Positions 8,798-19,352 of a stretch of 37,441 nucleotides of DNA are shown here, one piece after another (the stretch's first letter is position 1; every line of letters starts with the position of its first letter). The position numbers and the translations under genes were made by a program. The notes below the pieces were generated by a model that was not told the origin of the DNA, made no database searches, and saw nothing but the letters and a program-made list of their open reading frames with translations. Source of the stretch: Flavobacteriaceae bacterium (GTDB lineage Bacteria; Bacteroidota; Bacteroidia; Flavobacteriales; Flavobacteriaceae); contig JABAYZ010000064.1 of the NCBI GenBank assembly GCA_018608735.1, positions 396 through 37,836 on the forward strand, read 5' to 3'.

Positions 8798-9816
8798 TAT
8801 ACTGTAAAATTAGAGTCTACATGTTCTTTTATCAAATTCCTAAGGCTTTCAATCGTTTCCCAGTGCTCATTATCACCTGAATTATAACTAAACCCAAGAG
8901 GCGCTTTTTTAGCATCAAAAGTCTCTAAAAATTCACTTAATTTCCATGAATGGGTCGCAGGTAATATGACATAATACTTCCCTAAATCATAAGTATAAAA
9001 TGAATCTGAAGGGGTAATCATCTCCTCATGAACTTTTTCTCCAGGTCGGATGCCCACTAATGGCTTCTCACAGTCTGGGCCTATAGCGTTTGCTACATCC
9101 ATTATTTTATATGAGGGTATTTTAGGGACAAATAATTCTCCTCCCCAAGCATGCTCAAGTGCATGCATTACCATATCAACTCCGCCTTGCAACGAGATGT
9201 TAAATCGTGTCATGTTGGGATCAGTAATGGGTAATTTATTTTCTTCTTTCTTTTTATTGATGAAAAACGGAATTACAGAGCCATTAGAACCCATAACGTT
9301 TCCATATCGAACGACGGAGAAACGAATGGGATTATTTCCTTTGATGTTGTTCGCTGCTATAAATAATTTATCAGATGTTAATTTAGTCGCTCCATATAAA
9401 TTTATTGGGGCACAAGCTTTATCGGTTGATAACGCGACTACGCGTTGAACGTTGGTTTGAAGACAGGCTTCAACAACATTTTCAGCGCCTCCTATATTTG
9501 TTTTTATACACTCCCCTGGGTTATACTCAGCAATGTGCACATGTTTCATCGCAGCAGCATGAATCACGTAATCAACATCCTGAAAAGCTCTCGTTAGGCG
9601 TTCTTTGTCCCTTACATCCCCTATGAAATAACGCATTTGCGGGTGTTTTTCAATGGGAAACTCTTGAGCCATTTGAAACTGTTTTTGTTCATCTCTTGAA
9701 TAAATAATGAGTCTTCTTGTTTCGGGATATTTAGCAAGTATATGGCGTGTGAGTGCTTTGCCGAGAGATCCTGTCCCTCCAGTAATTAATATTGATTTTT
9801 TGTTTAAATCTAGCAT
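8797..9816 (-). CDS. pseB: UDP-N-acetylglucosamine 4,6-dehydratase (inverting)
   Basis: TGGTGSLG, SRDEQKQ, HAAAMKHV, LSTDKA, NLYGATK, VRYGNVMGS, GIRPGEK. Confidence 0.95.
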   Translation of the reverse strand: MLDLNKKSILITGGTGSLGKALTRHILAKYPETRRLIIYSRDEQKQFQMAQEFPIEKHPQMRYFIGDVRDKERLTRAFQDVDYVIHAAAMKHVHIAEYNPGECIKTNIGGAENVVEACLQTNVQRVVALSTDKACAPINLYGATKLTSDKLFIAANNIKGNNPIRFSVVRYGNVMGSNGSVIPFFINKKKEENKLPITDPNMTRFNISLQGGVDMVMHALEHAWGGELFVPKIPSYKIMDVANAIGPDCEKPLVGIRPGEKVHEEMITPSDSFYTYDLGKYYVILPATHSWKLSEFLETFDAKKAPLGFSYNSGDNEHWETIESLRNLIKEHVDSNFTV

Positions 9817-9909
9817 TGTTATTATTGTAATTTAAATTGATTTTAATTGCCCTTTTTTAATTCTTTGTTTGCATCAGGTTTTCTAAAACCTCGTTATATT
9901 TTAACCCAA

Positions 9910-10188
9910 CTAAAGCGCTTCATTCAGACCAAAAAAACTATTGATCTCCGTTGCTTTAACAATAACACAAACTCGATAAATGCTCTCAAAATTAATTGAA
10001 CTATTTTGTGTATATACAACTGAAGATGCAACTATTGAATTCCTTGAAATACTAAAAATTTCTCCTTTGGTGTTGTCAGATGCTACTTCTTCTATGTTAA
10101 ACCTCTGTTTCCTCTAAGTTGTATCACTCGGAATAGCGACCTCCTTAATGATAAATTCCTTTTTGATTTCAGTCTCTAAGAGTTTCAT
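9910..10188 (-). pseudogene. Possible eroded gene remnant between fcl and pseB
   Basis: 93-codon frame from ATG 10188 (MKLLETEIKKEF...SFFGLNEAL*) broken by a single TAG at 10114-10116; fills most of a 430-bp gap in an otherwise tightly packed operon; no family recognised. Confidence 0.3.
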
Positions 10189-10247
10189 TTCTTTTTACAA
10201 GAAAAATCAAAGTGCACCATTAAAATTAAGATTGATTTTTTCCTGTT

Positions 10248-11306
10248 TTAAATATTAGATTTGGGGTATAAATACCAATTATACAATTTATTTACTCCTT
10301 CTGCAAGGCTTACTTTATATTTCCAGCCTAAGTTCTGTAATTTAGAAACATCAGTTAATTTCTTTAAAGTCCCGTCTGGCTTGTCCGAATTAAACACTAA
10401 CTCACCTTTAAAATCAATTGTTTTTTTTATGGTTACTGCTAATTCTTTTATAGAAACATCAATACCCGTTCCAATATTTATGTGGGTATTTCTAATTTCT
10501 TTTTCAGTGAGGTTGTAAGTGTTAGAGAAATTTCTGTTTTGCATTAAAAACACACAGGCGTCAGCCATGTCTTCGCTCCATAAAAATTCGCGTTTTGGAG
10601 TACCCGTTCCCCAAACCTCTACACTGTCAGCTGAGACTCCAAAGCGACTTAAATAGGTTTTAGCTTCTTCTATGCTAGCAGCGTTTAAATCGCTAACTAC
10701 AGCGTCATAATTTGATTCACTTAACAACTTTGCTAAATGAATTTTTCGAATAAGGGCTGGTAATACATGAGATGTTTCCAAATCAAAATTATCATTTGGC
10801 CCATATAAGTTGGTCGGCATCACGGAAATAAAATTAGTGCCATACTGTAAATTATAGCTTTCGCACATTTTGATTCCTGCTATCTTAGCAATTGCATAAG
10901 GCTCGTTTGTGTACTCTAAGGGATTGGTTAATAGATACTCCTCTTTCATCGGCTGAGGACATTCCTTAGGATAGATACAGGTGCTTCCTAGGAACATTAA
11001 TTTTTTAGCCCCATGAACATAACTTTGATGAATTACATTGTTCTGAATCATCATGTTTTCATAAATAAAGGCGCCACGATAGGTGTTATTTGCCTCTATT
11101 CCTCCAACTTTAGCTGCTGCTAAAAACACATACTCAGGCTGTTGGTTTTTAAAAAAATCTTGTACAGCTAATTGATCCGTAAGATCCAATTCATTGTGTG
11201 TTTTGGTAACAATATTAAAATACCCTTTTGAATTGAGGTTTTTAATAATCGCACTCCCAACTAATCCGCGATGGCCCGCAACATATATCTTCGCATTTTT
11301 ATCCAT
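10248..11306 (-). CDS. fcl: GDP-L-fucose synthase
   Basis: [60 protein letters not shown]. Confidence 0.96.
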   Translation of the reverse strand: MDKNAKIYVAGHRGLVGSAIIKNLNSKGYFNIVTKTHNELDLTDQLAVQDFFKNQQPEYVFLAAAKVGGIEANNTYRGAFIYENMMIQNNVIHQSYVHGAKKLMFLGSTCIYPKECPQPMKEEYLLTNPLEYTNEPYAIAKIAGIKMCESYNLQYGTNFISVMPTNLYGPNDNFDLETSHVLPALIRKIHLAKLLSESNYDAVVSDLNAASIEEAKTYLSRFGVSADSVEVWGTGTPKREFLWSEDMADACVFLMQNRNFSNTYNLTEKEIRNTHINIGTGIDVSIKELAVTIKKTIDFKGELVFNSDKPDGTLKKLTDVSKLQNLGWKYKVSLAEGVNKLYNWYLYPKSNI

Positions 11307-11309
11307 AAA

Positions 11310-12431
11310 TTATTCGAAATAATTTTTGACTGCAAAGCCGCCATCCTTTAAATATTGTTGTTTTTGCATCAGCTTCAAGTCGCTGGTCATCATATCTTCT
11401 ACTAAATATTTCAAATCATATTTAGGAACCCATCCTAACTTTTCTTTTGCTTTGGTAGCGTCGCCTATTAGCAATTCCACTTCTGTTGGTCTGAAGTATT
11501 TAGGGTCAACAGACACAACTTCTTTACCTATTTCTAGTGAATACATTTCATTGGTAGACGATTTTATATATCCTTTTTCCTCGATTCCTTCCCCTTTAAA
11601 TTCTAATTCAACCCCTACATGATGAAAGCACATTTTAATGAAATCTCTAACGCTTGTTGTTTTTCCTGTGGCGATCACCCAGTCTTCCGCTTCATCAGCT
11701 TGTAAGATCATCCACATCATTCGAACATAATCTTTAGCATGGCCCCAATCTCTCTGAGCATCTAAATTTCCTAAATACATTTTATCTTGTAGACCCATCG
11801 CAATTTTTGATGTTGCTCTAGTGATTTTTCGAGTGACAAATGTTTCTCCTCTAACTGGAGATTCATGATTAAATAAAATTCCATTACACGCATAAATGCC
11901 ATAAGCTTCTCTATAATTAACCGAAATCCAATAGGCGTACATTTTTGCAACAGCATATGGGCTTCTTGGATAAAATGGAGTCGTTTCAGTTTGTGGAACT
12001 TCCTGAACCTTCCCATATAACTCTGATGTAGAAGCTTGATAGATCCTAGTCTTCTTTTCGAGGCCTAAAAACCTGATAGCTTCCAATAATCGTAAAGTTC
12101 CAATACCATCAGCATTGGCGGTATACTCTGGCATTTCGAAAGAAACCTGAACATGACTCATCGCTGCAAGATTATAAATCTCGTCAGGCTGTACCTCTTT
12201 AATAATTCTAGTAAGGTTGGTGCTATCTGTTAAATCTCCATAATGAAGAAATAAATTTCTATTCTCCACATGAGGATCCTGATAAAGGTGATCAATTCTA
12301 GCGGTGTTAAACAAGGATGCTCTTCTTTTTAGCCCATGAACCAAGTAGCCTTTTTTCAAAAGAAATTCACTCAAGTAAGCGCCGTCTTGCCCTGTTACTC
12401 CTGTTATAAGTGCTACTTTTTTTTGTGCCAT
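11310..12431 (-). CDS. gmd: GDP-mannose 4,6-dehydratase (start probably 12431, [11 protein letters not shown]; ORF track gives 12449)
   Basis: [54 protein letters not shown]. Confidence 0.97.
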   Translation of the reverse strand: MAQKKVALITGVTGQDGAYLSEFLLKKGYLVHGLKRRASLFNTARIDHLYQDPHVENRNLFLHYGDLTDSTNLTRIIKEVQPDEIYNLAAMSHVQVSFEMPEYTANADGIGTLRLLEAIRFLGLEKKTRIYQASTSELYGKVQEVPQTETTPFYPRSPYAVAKMYAYWISVNYREAYGIYACNGILFNHESPVRGETFVTRKITRATSKIAMGLQDKMYLGNLDAQRDWGHAKDYVRMMWMILQADEAEDWVIATGKTTSVRDFIKMCFHHVGVELEFKGEGIEEKGYIKSSTNEMYSLEIGKEVVSVDPKYFRPTEVELLIGDATKAKEKLGWVPKYDLKYLVEDMMTSDLKLMQKQQYLKDGGFAVKNYFE

Positions 12432-12438
12432 TATATTA

Positions 12439-13290
12439 TCAATTTTCAATTAGTTTTTTTAAACTTATTTGCCAGTTAGGTGGATGTATATTAAATTCCT
12501 TTTCAGCTTTCTCTGTGTCTAAAACACTGCTTTTAGGACGATTTGCTGCTACTGGGTACTGGTGTGACAAAATAGGGATTAAACTCACTGGGAGGTTGTG
12601 TGATTCAAAAATCGCTTTTGCAAAATCATACCAACTGACCGCACCTTCATTGCTATAATGGTAAAGGCCAAAGCTCTTTGTATTAGAGGAGGTAATTTGT
12701 AATATAAGGTCTGCTAAATCTCCTGCGTATGTTGGCGACCCTATTTGATCGCTAACGACGCTTATTTCATCACGTGTTTCGGCAAGTCGAAGCATCGTTT
12801 TCATGAAATTAGCACCATGCTCAGAATATAACCAAGATGTTCTAATGATGAAATGGTGTTCTAGAATTTCTTGTATCTCAGCTTCTCCTTTCAACTTAGA
12901 AGCCCCATACACACTAATTGGCTTTGGTATATCGGATTCAGTATACGGATCTGTTTTTTGTCCATCAAACACAAAATCGGTTGAAATCTGAATTAAAATT
13001 GTATCATTTTCTTTACAAACGAGTGCTAAGTTTTTTGGGCCCAGAGCATTAATTTGAAATGCCTTGTCAACTTCGGTTTCTGCTTTATCAACAGCAGTGT
13101 AGGCCGCACAATTAATACAATAATCGAAACTTGGATTGGCCTTGAAAAACGCCTCTACTTGGCTCAGATCACAAATATCTAGTTCTTGATAATCGGTATA
13201 GATAATATTTAGGTTATCATACTGCTTTTCAATTGCCTTAATACAATTCCCTAATTGTCCATTACTTCCTGTCACCAATACATTCATCAT
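12439..13290 (-). CDS. rfbD: dTDP-4-dehydrorhamnose reductase (start 13290 or 13287, ATGA overlap with rfbC stop)
   Basis: [48 protein letters not shown]. Confidence 0.95.
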   Translation of the reverse strand: MMNVLVTGSNGQLGNCIKAIEKQYDNLNIIYTDYQELDICDLSQVEAFFKANPSFDYCINCAAYTAVDKAETEVDKAFQINALGPKNLALVCKENDTILIQISTDFVFDGQKTDPYTESDIPKPISVYGASKLKGEAEIQEILEHHFIIRTSWLYSEHGANFMKTMLRLAETRDEISVVSDQIGSPTYAGDLADLILQITSSNTKSFGLYHYSNEGAVSWYDFAKAIFESHNLPVSLIPILSHQYPVAANRPKSSVLDTEKAEKEFNIHPPNWQISLKKLIEN

Positions 13291-13832
13291 AGAATTACAT
13301 TTGAAAGTGTTGATAATAGTAAATCTTTTTCTGAAACAAGTATATCTTCTTTTGGTAATTTCCAATCAATCCCCAGAGAAGGGTCGTCATATCGAATTCC
13401 TCCCTCAGAAGCTTTGTTATAATAATTATCGCATTTGTATGAAAAAATTGCCGTGTCACTTAAAACAATAAATCCATGAGCAAATCCTCTTGGAACAAAG
13501 AGCTGGTTTTTATTGTCTTCCGATAATTCAATTGAAAAGTGTTGGGCGAAAGTAGAAGAATCTTTACGAAGATCTACAGCCACATCTAAAACTCTTCCTT
13601 GGATAACCCTGACAAGCTTTGCTTGTGCATAGTTACCGGTTTGGAAATGCAACCCTCTAAGTACCCCTTTTGAAGAAAAAGATTCGTTGTCCTGAATAAA
13701 ATTAACTTCAAAACCTAATGAATCGTTTAGCTTTTGTTGATGATAACTCTCAAAAAAATAACCACGATTATCATTGTGAAGTTGAGGCTGTATGACCTTA
13801 CAATCGATAAGGTTAGTGTCAATAATATTCAT
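13287..13832 (-). CDS. rfbC: dTDP-4-dehydrorhamnose 3,5-epimerase
   Basis: DNRGYFFE, QDNES, GVLRGLHFQ, DVAVDLR, VPRGFAHGF, YKCDNYY. Confidence 0.96.
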   Translation of the reverse strand: MNIIDTNLIDCKVIQPQLHNDNRGYFFESYHQQKLNDSLGFEVNFIQDNESFSSKGVLRGLHFQTGNYAQAKLVRVIQGRVLDVAVDLRKDSSTFAQHFSIELSEDNKNQLFVPRGFAHGFIVLSDTAIFSYKCDNYYNKASEGGIRYDDPSLGIDWKLPKEDILVSEKDLLLSTLSNVIL

Positions 13833-13856
13833 GCGTTATGGCTTATGTAATAAGTG

Positions 13857-14936
13857 TTATTTGTTAACCAAATCTTTATACTTGTCTATAAATTTAAAAA
13901 ATTCAAGCCCTAATAAAACAATAAAAGCTAACAAAAATAATAGGAAAGCAAAATATATTTTAACACTAAATTCCTTTCCAAATAATGTTTTTGTATTTCT
14001 TGCAAATCCTGAATCCTGCTTATTGGAGATGGTTTCGACAATAAACTTCTTGTCCATTAACTCTCGTTCTAGTATAACCAATTGGCTCCTCAATTCTAAA
14101 TCGCTCTGATATAAATCAAATTCTTTTGTTTTCTCAATTTCACTTGAGCCCTCAAAAGTGATTCCTATTTCAGATGTTTGTTCTGAACTTAACCCTTGTT
14201 CCAAAACTCTCTTGTAGGTGCTTTGAAGTGAATCTGATTTAACCAATGCAAGCTCCAAAGCCCTTTTTGTCTGGTTTAGTTCTGCAATATCTTTGCGTTG
14301 CTCGTTCAAGAAGAATGGATTTGAATTAATCGACTCAACAATATTTTCAAAAACAGATTTAAAATTACTTCTCTGGGTAGACTCAATAATAACTTGCTGA
14401 TATTTGTGCGTATAATCTTCATTATTATCTAAAAAATCTTGATATTCAATTTTAGTTGCTGCAAGAGAGTCTAGTTTTTTAACGTAATCGTTAAACGCTA
14501 GAAGTTTATCGTTGTCACTAACGACGGGTTTCACCTCAAAGGATAAGATCGATTCCGCCTTTTCCTCTTCTAAATTTAACACTTTACCTAGGGTCTCATA
14601 ATCTTTTTGACGAACCAGGTCATTATAATACCCTACTGAATTATATAAGTTTTCTCCAGTGGGGTAATTTTGTACCACAGTCACAGAAGACTCATATTTA
14701 GGCACAGCTGTTTTACTGTTTAACATGCCAATGACAAGTCCCGAAATCCCTGCTAGTGCAAGAATAATGAATCGTTTTTTGACAAGAAAAATAAGCCAGA
14801 GAACTGCTAAGAACAGGTTTCTAAAGATGTTAAAAATAAAATTAAAGAAGCGGTCAAAAGCGCTCCCGATAAGCTTAAAAAGCTGCCCTAAATCAACTTC
14901 TTCTGAGTTGTTAGGTGTGTTTGGTGTTGTACTCAT
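13857..14936 (-). CDS. Wzz-like membrane protein (polysaccharide co-polymerase/chain-length regulator-like)
   Basis: EEVDLGQLF N-terminus, hydrophobic segments near both ends, coiled-coil middle, at head of glycan locus. Confidence 0.6.
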   Translation of the reverse strand: MSTTPNTPNNSEEVDLGQLFKLIGSAFDRFFNFIFNIFRNLFLAVLWLIFLVKKRFIILALAGISGLVIGMLNSKTAVPKYESSVTVVQNYPTGENLYNSVGYYNDLVRQKDYETLGKVLNLEEEKAESILSFEVKPVVSDNDKLLAFNDYVKKLDSLAATKIEYQDFLDNNEDYTHKYQQVIIESTQRSNFKSVFENIVESINSNPFFLNEQRKDIAELNQTKRALELALVKSDSLQSTYKRVLEQGLSSEQTSEIGITFEGSSEIEKTKEFDLYQSDLELRSQLVILERELMDKKFIVETISNKQDSGFARNTKTLFGKEFSVKIYFAFLLFLLAFIVLLGLEFFKFIDKYKDLVNK

Positions 14937-16624
14937 ATCGTATTAAATATCTGTTGTAAAATTTGTTTTGTTATTAAATAGGTTGGTTTTACACCACTTG
15001 ACCCAAGTCCACCTGACGCCAAAGTGCTTCCGGTTTCAAGAGGATTGTCACTAGCATAATATGCATATCGAACTTTTACGTTTGGATTGATACTGTGTCT
15101 TACTTTAGAGGCGGCTTGAATCGCTTTTTGATAATGTGCACCTTCCATTTCTAACCCAATAACATTCCATGTAGAATCATGGAAAAATTTCAAAAGGTCT
15201 CTATTTTGAAGCGATGTACCCAAAACAGTCACCATCGTGCCTTCAAACACCTGTAGATCTTTGGTGTCAAAATCTTCAAGAGTTAACTCATTTTTAAAAG
15301 GATAATTATCCGCTGTCCCTTCAAAAATATGAGCCGATGGAATCATAATATCGCCTTTGGACCCTTCTAAAATACCTGCTTTTCCCATTATAGAAATGGA
15401 GTCTACATTTAGATGAATATTCTTTTCTGCAGTTTTAAATGGTTTTAACAGCTCATCAATCGTTTCGTAAGCTTGTTCTCCAAATGCATAATCCATAACA
15501 ATAATCACTGGCGCATCTTTTTTAGATTTACAATCGAACGTTGTATTGGAAAAATCGACTTTGGAGGCATCAAAGATTTGAACGTCTATATTAGTTCCTG
15601 AGGTGTCCTCTATAAAAATCATACCCTCTTGCAACGCAACTTGCTTGGTTTTATTGCGAAGAGCTTGATTTTCTTCTTTACTCAGTAGTTCATATACCGT
15701 AAAAACATCGTGCTTTTTACATAACGATTTGAGCGCCTTGGAGGCGTGAAGCGTGTTCATCACGCTGTGTAAATTTGCTGAAATGATATGAATTGGACGA
15801 TTAATTAACTGCTGTTTCTGAAGCGTCTCTTTAATCGTGTTGGCCCAAGCTTCTCCATGAATATGATGGCCTAACCGTTCTCTTAGCACCGGACTAAAAT
15901 TTATGGTTCGTTTAGAATTCTCAACAATTTCCTCAATGGCACGTTTTCCTAACCAATAGATCAAGTGCAAGAAATGATCCGGTTGTTTTGGTGTTGAAAA
16001 TTGATCATAAACTTCTAAAATTTCTTCAAAAGTTCTGCCCAAGATATTCCCTGTATGGGTAATCGCTAGCTCACGTTCTTTTTGAGTCCGTTTTTTCTTT
16101 GAAAGCACGGCAGTTTCGAGCTTTATCCAATCTCTCGTCGTTGCTCCTTTATCATCAATAACAACACGTTTTGCGATTTTATGCGACTCAATAAACATGA
16201 ATGTTAAATGGGTCAAAATATCATAAATCTCAGAGCGACCCCGAGTGATCTCAATATTCATTTGCTCAAAATCAATTCGATAACAATTACGACGCCTTTT
16301 TGAAGGAACAATCACCTCAAAATGAGAGTTGCCAAAGCCTTCGGCGCTTGTTAGGTTTATTAAAAGACACTCTTCGATGCCAACAGGTAATCGGTCAACT
16401 ACATAAAGTAAACCTTCTAATTCTGTTTTATCTCCAGCTATTGAGCCATATATTTCGGGACGTAACTGCAATAATGCTTGCCGCAATGTTTCCCCAGAGA
16501 CTCCCATTGGTTTATAAAATCCCCGATTAAATAAATGACGCATCGTCAAATACAGTCGCTCAATAGCATGAGAACTTTCCTGAGCGCGAGTCCGGATTAT
16601 ATTTTTTGTTTGTGTTCGTTTCAT
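14933..16624 (-). CDS. Conserved Bacteroidota protein (DUF6909-like) with C-terminal nucleoside phosphorylase/AMP-nucleosidase-like fold
   Basis: SIMGKAGIL..GDIMIP, IGLEMEGA and YASDNPL resemble PNP/AMN strand motifs. Confidence 0.6.
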   Translation of the reverse strand: MKRTQTKNIIRTRAQESSHAIERLYLTMRHLFNRGFYKPMGVSGETLRQALLQLRPEIYGSIAGDKTELEGLLYVVDRLPVGIEECLLINLTSAEGFGNSHFEVIVPSKRRRNCYRIDFEQMNIEITRGRSEIYDILTHLTFMFIESHKIAKRVVIDDKGATTRDWIKLETAVLSKKKRTQKERELAITHTGNILGRTFEEILEVYDQFSTPKQPDHFLHLIYWLGKRAIEEIVENSKRTINFSPVLRERLGHHIHGEAWANTIKETLQKQQLINRPIHIISANLHSVMNTLHASKALKSLCKKHDVFTVYELLSKEENQALRNKTKQVALQEGMIFIEDTSGTNIDVQIFDASKVDFSNTTFDCKSKKDAPVIIVMDYAFGEQAYETIDELLKPFKTAEKNIHLNVDSISIMGKAGILEGSKGDIMIPSAHIFEGTADNYPFKNELTLEDFDTKDLQVFEGTMVTVLGTSLQNRDLLKFFHDSTWNVIGLEMEGAHYQKAIQAASKVRHSINPNVKVRYAYYASDNPLETGSTLASGGLGSSGVKPTYLITKQILQQIFNTI

Positions 16625-16632
16625 TAGTCAAA

Positions 16633-16640
16633 CAAATATA
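16633..16640 (-). promoter_or_regulatory. Bacteroidota -7 promoter box (TATATTTG) before the 16624 gene
   Basis: Plus-strand CAAATATA reads TAnnTTTG on minus, 8 nt before the ATG. Confidence 0.5.
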
Positions 16641-16642
16641 CG

Positions 16643-18145
16643 CTAAATAGTCTTATTAATATTAGTCAAAACCTCTGCGATCTTTCGATCATTAGATAGG
16701 CGAGGTGTTTTATTTTGTCCTCCTAGCTTACCGATCGTTTTCATGTAATTCTGAAATCCATTCTTTTTAACGGCTGTAATCTTTAACGGTTGTAAAACCT
16801 TTCCTTGAATTAAATCAAAATAATAGCTGTTTTGGTGTTGCAAAGCTTCATCAATTTGAGCTGCAAACCTTTCAAGATTAGATGGAGGATTTTCAAATTC
16901 AATGAACCACTCATGGTAAGGTAATCCATTCGTAGGCGCTATTTGAGGCGCTACAGTAAATTCACTTACACTAATTTCTGTAGCCTCTAAAGCGCTAAGA
17001 AGAGCTTGTTCTACCTCCTTAGCTATCACATGTTCGCCAAAAGCAGATATAAAGTGCTTGATACGCCCACTGACAATTACTTTAAATGGTGCCAGTGATG
17101 TGAACTGTATTGTATCCCCTATGTTATAGGCCCAAAGACCAGCATTTGTAGAGATAATCATAACATAGTTAACGCCTATTTTGACGTCTTTCAACGTCAG
17201 GCGTTGAGGAGACTTGTCGAAAAACGTGTCCGCTACTATAAATTCATAAAACATTCCTGAGTCTAACTGCAGAAGCATTCCGGGTTCGTTTTGACGGTCC
17301 TGAAACGCAAAAAACCCTTCACTAGCAGGATAAAGCTCAACGCTATCTACTTTTCTTCCGATCAAGCTTTCGAACTTTGAACGGTAAGGCTCATAATTAA
17401 CGCCTCCAAAGATAAAAAGATTAAAGTTTTTAAAAATATCACCTATTTTTTGGCCTTTTTCTTCAATGAGTTTTTCAAAATACATTTGAACCCAAGACGG
17501 AATACCTGCAATCACTGACATGTCTTCATTCAAAGTTTCCTGAACAATCGTATTTACTTTCGTTTCCCAGTCTTCAATACAGTTCGTTTCCCAAGAAGGT
17601 AATCGGTTTTTTTGAAGATACTTAGGCACATAGTGTGCGACAATCCCTGAAAGGCGACCTAGTTTTATACCGTTCTTTATTTCGAGAACCGGACTCCCTT
17701 GTAAAAAAATCATTTTTCTAGTTACAATTTTAGTGTTTCCAGTCTGATGGACATAAAGTAAAATTGCATTCTTAGCCGCTTCTATATGGCCAGTCATACT
17801 CTCTTTTGTGATCGGAATGTACTTAGCACCAGATGTTGTTCCTGAAGTCTTGGCAAAATATAACGGCTTGCCTTTCCATAAAACATCTTCTTCTCCGGCT
17901 ACAACCTTTTCTACATAGGGCTTTAAGTCCTCATAATCCCGTACGGGGACGCGTTCCACAAAGTCTTGGTGTGTATGTATATTTTTAAAATCATGATCCA
18001 TTCCAAATTGAGTCGCAGCAGCCTGAGAAATCAAAGATTGAAAAATCCGTTGTTGAGTCTCTATAGGGTTAGAGGCCCATGTGTTGATTTGATTATGAAT
18101 TTTGGCCGCATAAAGTTTTGCAGCAAATGCTTTAATTGATGGCAT
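16643..18145 (-). CDS. GH3 auxin-responsive family protein (acyl-acid amido synthetase, ANL superfamily)
   Basis: FAKTSGTTSGAKYIP, YPASEGFFA, GLWAYNIGD, GGQNKTPRL. Confidence 0.9.
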   Translation of the reverse strand: MPSIKAFAAKLYAAKIHNQINTWASNPIETQQRIFQSLISQAAATQFGMDHDFKNIHTHQDFVERVPVRDYEDLKPYVEKVVAGEEDVLWKGKPLYFAKTSGTTSGAKYIPITKESMTGHIEAAKNAILLYVHQTGNTKIVTRKMIFLQGSPVLEIKNGIKLGRLSGIVAHYVPKYLQKNRLPSWETNCIEDWETKVNTIVQETLNEDMSVIAGIPSWVQMYFEKLIEEKGQKIGDIFKNFNLFIFGGVNYEPYRSKFESLIGRKVDSVELYPASEGFFAFQDRQNEPGMLLQLDSGMFYEFIVADTFFDKSPQRLTLKDVKIGVNYVMIISTNAGLWAYNIGDTIQFTSLAPFKVIVSGRIKHFISAFGEHVIAKEVEQALLSALEATEISVSEFTVAPQIAPTNGLPYHEWFIEFENPPSNLERFAAQIDEALQHQNSYYFDLIQGKVLQPLKITAVKKNGFQNYMKTIGKLGGQNKTPRLSNDRKIAEVLTNINKTI

Positions 18146-18156
18146 TCTAGAGGGTT

Positions 18157-19023
18157 TTAAAAGTCAATAAAAGTGGTTGGATTCAAAGGGATGCCACTAT
18201 TCCAGAGTTCAAAATGTAAATGCGGACCTGTGCTTAGCTCTCCAGAAGATCCAGAAATGGCAATAACTTCTCTAGATTTCACAAATTCTCCTTGAGATTT
18301 TGTCAGCGAAGAATTGTGCTTATATACAGAAATTAGCTCATTACCATGGTCAATAATTATGACATAACTCGCATCTGAGGTCCAAGACGCAAACAACACA
18401 TGACCATCTGCTATGGCTTTGACTGGGGTGTTTTTTGGGATAACAATGTCTACTGCATAATGCTTTTCTTTGAGGTCAAACGCAGCGCTTATAGAACCGT
18501 TAACCGGTGGAAAAAACATAAAATCTGTTGCTGTTATGGCTGTTTCAAATAAATTATATTTATCCTCATTATTGACCTTAGCCCTTAGAATCGAATCGGC
18601 TTTTGAGGGGTTTAATTCTAAAATATCAGTCTCTGATTGAGCAGCCTTAAAAATCGAGTCTTTATTAATAACAACCGCACTGATTTCTCCTCTTAGCACT
18701 CTTTTTACAGAAGCAATATAAGTATCGTTCATGTTAATCACCTGTAGTAGAGAATCGGTTTTAAAATCCAATTCTACAGCTTGTTTTTGAAGCGTTGTTG
18801 AAGAATAGCCAGGAATATATTCACGAATAGGTGTAAATGCAATAAAAACTGTAGTGATCGCAACAAGAAAAATTGCCACTAAAAACCCAAAAACAAAAAC
18901 ATTGAGACGTGTTAGCTTAAATGCTAATCGTTCTTCAAACGTATCTTCATTTAGCACCACCAAACGGTATTTATGAAGTAACTTTTTTTGAAATTTCTTT
19001 TTATTTGTTTTTTTTCTGGTCAT
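18157..19023 (-). CDS. M23 family metallopeptidase with N-terminal membrane anchor
   Basis: HYAVD (HxxxD), YKHN, STGPHLHFELW. Confidence 0.92.
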   Translation of the reverse strand: MTRKKTNKKKFQKKLLHKYRLVVLNEDTFEERLAFKLTRLNVFVFGFLVAIFLVAITTVFIAFTPIREYIPGYSSTTLQKQAVELDFKTDSLLQVINMNDTYIASVKRVLRGEISAVVINKDSIFKAAQSETDILELNPSKADSILRAKVNNEDKYNLFETAITATDFMFFPPVNGSISAAFDLKEKHYAVDIVIPKNTPVKAIADGHVLFASWTSDASYVIIIDHGNELISVYKHNSSLTKSQGEFVKSREVIAISGSSGELSTGPHLHFELWNSGIPLNPTTFIDF

Positions 19024-19111
19024 TTAAAGACAAATTAAATAAAAATTAAGCGATTCATGTGTTTATAACGGACTAAAGTTTGAAATTACTCTATATTTAA
19101 AGGATAATTAT

Positions 19112-19119
19112 TAACTTTG
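19112..19119 (+). promoter_or_regulatory. -7 promoter box (TAACTTTG) for tatA
   Basis: TAnnTTTG match 21 nt upstream of the ATG. Confidence 0.6.
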
Positions 19120-19140
19120 TAATCTAAAATTTATACCATT

Positions 19141-19326
19141 ATGAACACATACATGATACCTTTAGCTATCGGAGCTCCACAAATTATTTTAATTGTGGTT
19201 GTCGTTCTTTTGTTGTTTGGCGGTAAAAAAATCCCTGAACTTATGAAAGGATTAGGTGGTGGAATTAAAGAATTCAAAAAAGCCAGTCAAGAAGAAACAA
19301 AAGACGCTGAGGAAAAAAAAGATTAA
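19141..19326 (+). CDS. tatA: Twin-arginine translocase TatA/TatE subunit
   Basis: TM helix then [23 protein letters not shown] and an acidic tail. Confidence 0.93.
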   Translation: MNTYMIPLAIGAPQIILIVVVVLLLFGGKKIPELMKGLGGGIKEFKKASQEETKDAEEKKD

Positions 19327-19352
19327 TTAATCCCTAGAAAAATTTGGGAGTA

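Noticed and set aside
13291-13365. Extended rfbD N-terminus from the ORF track
   Set aside because: Overlaps rfbC; the RfbD motif begins at MMNVLVTG with an ATGA coupling at 13290.
19327-19352. Bidirectional terminator between tatA and the lipoprotein gene
   Set aside because: The TCCC/GGGA stem is too short and mismatched to call.
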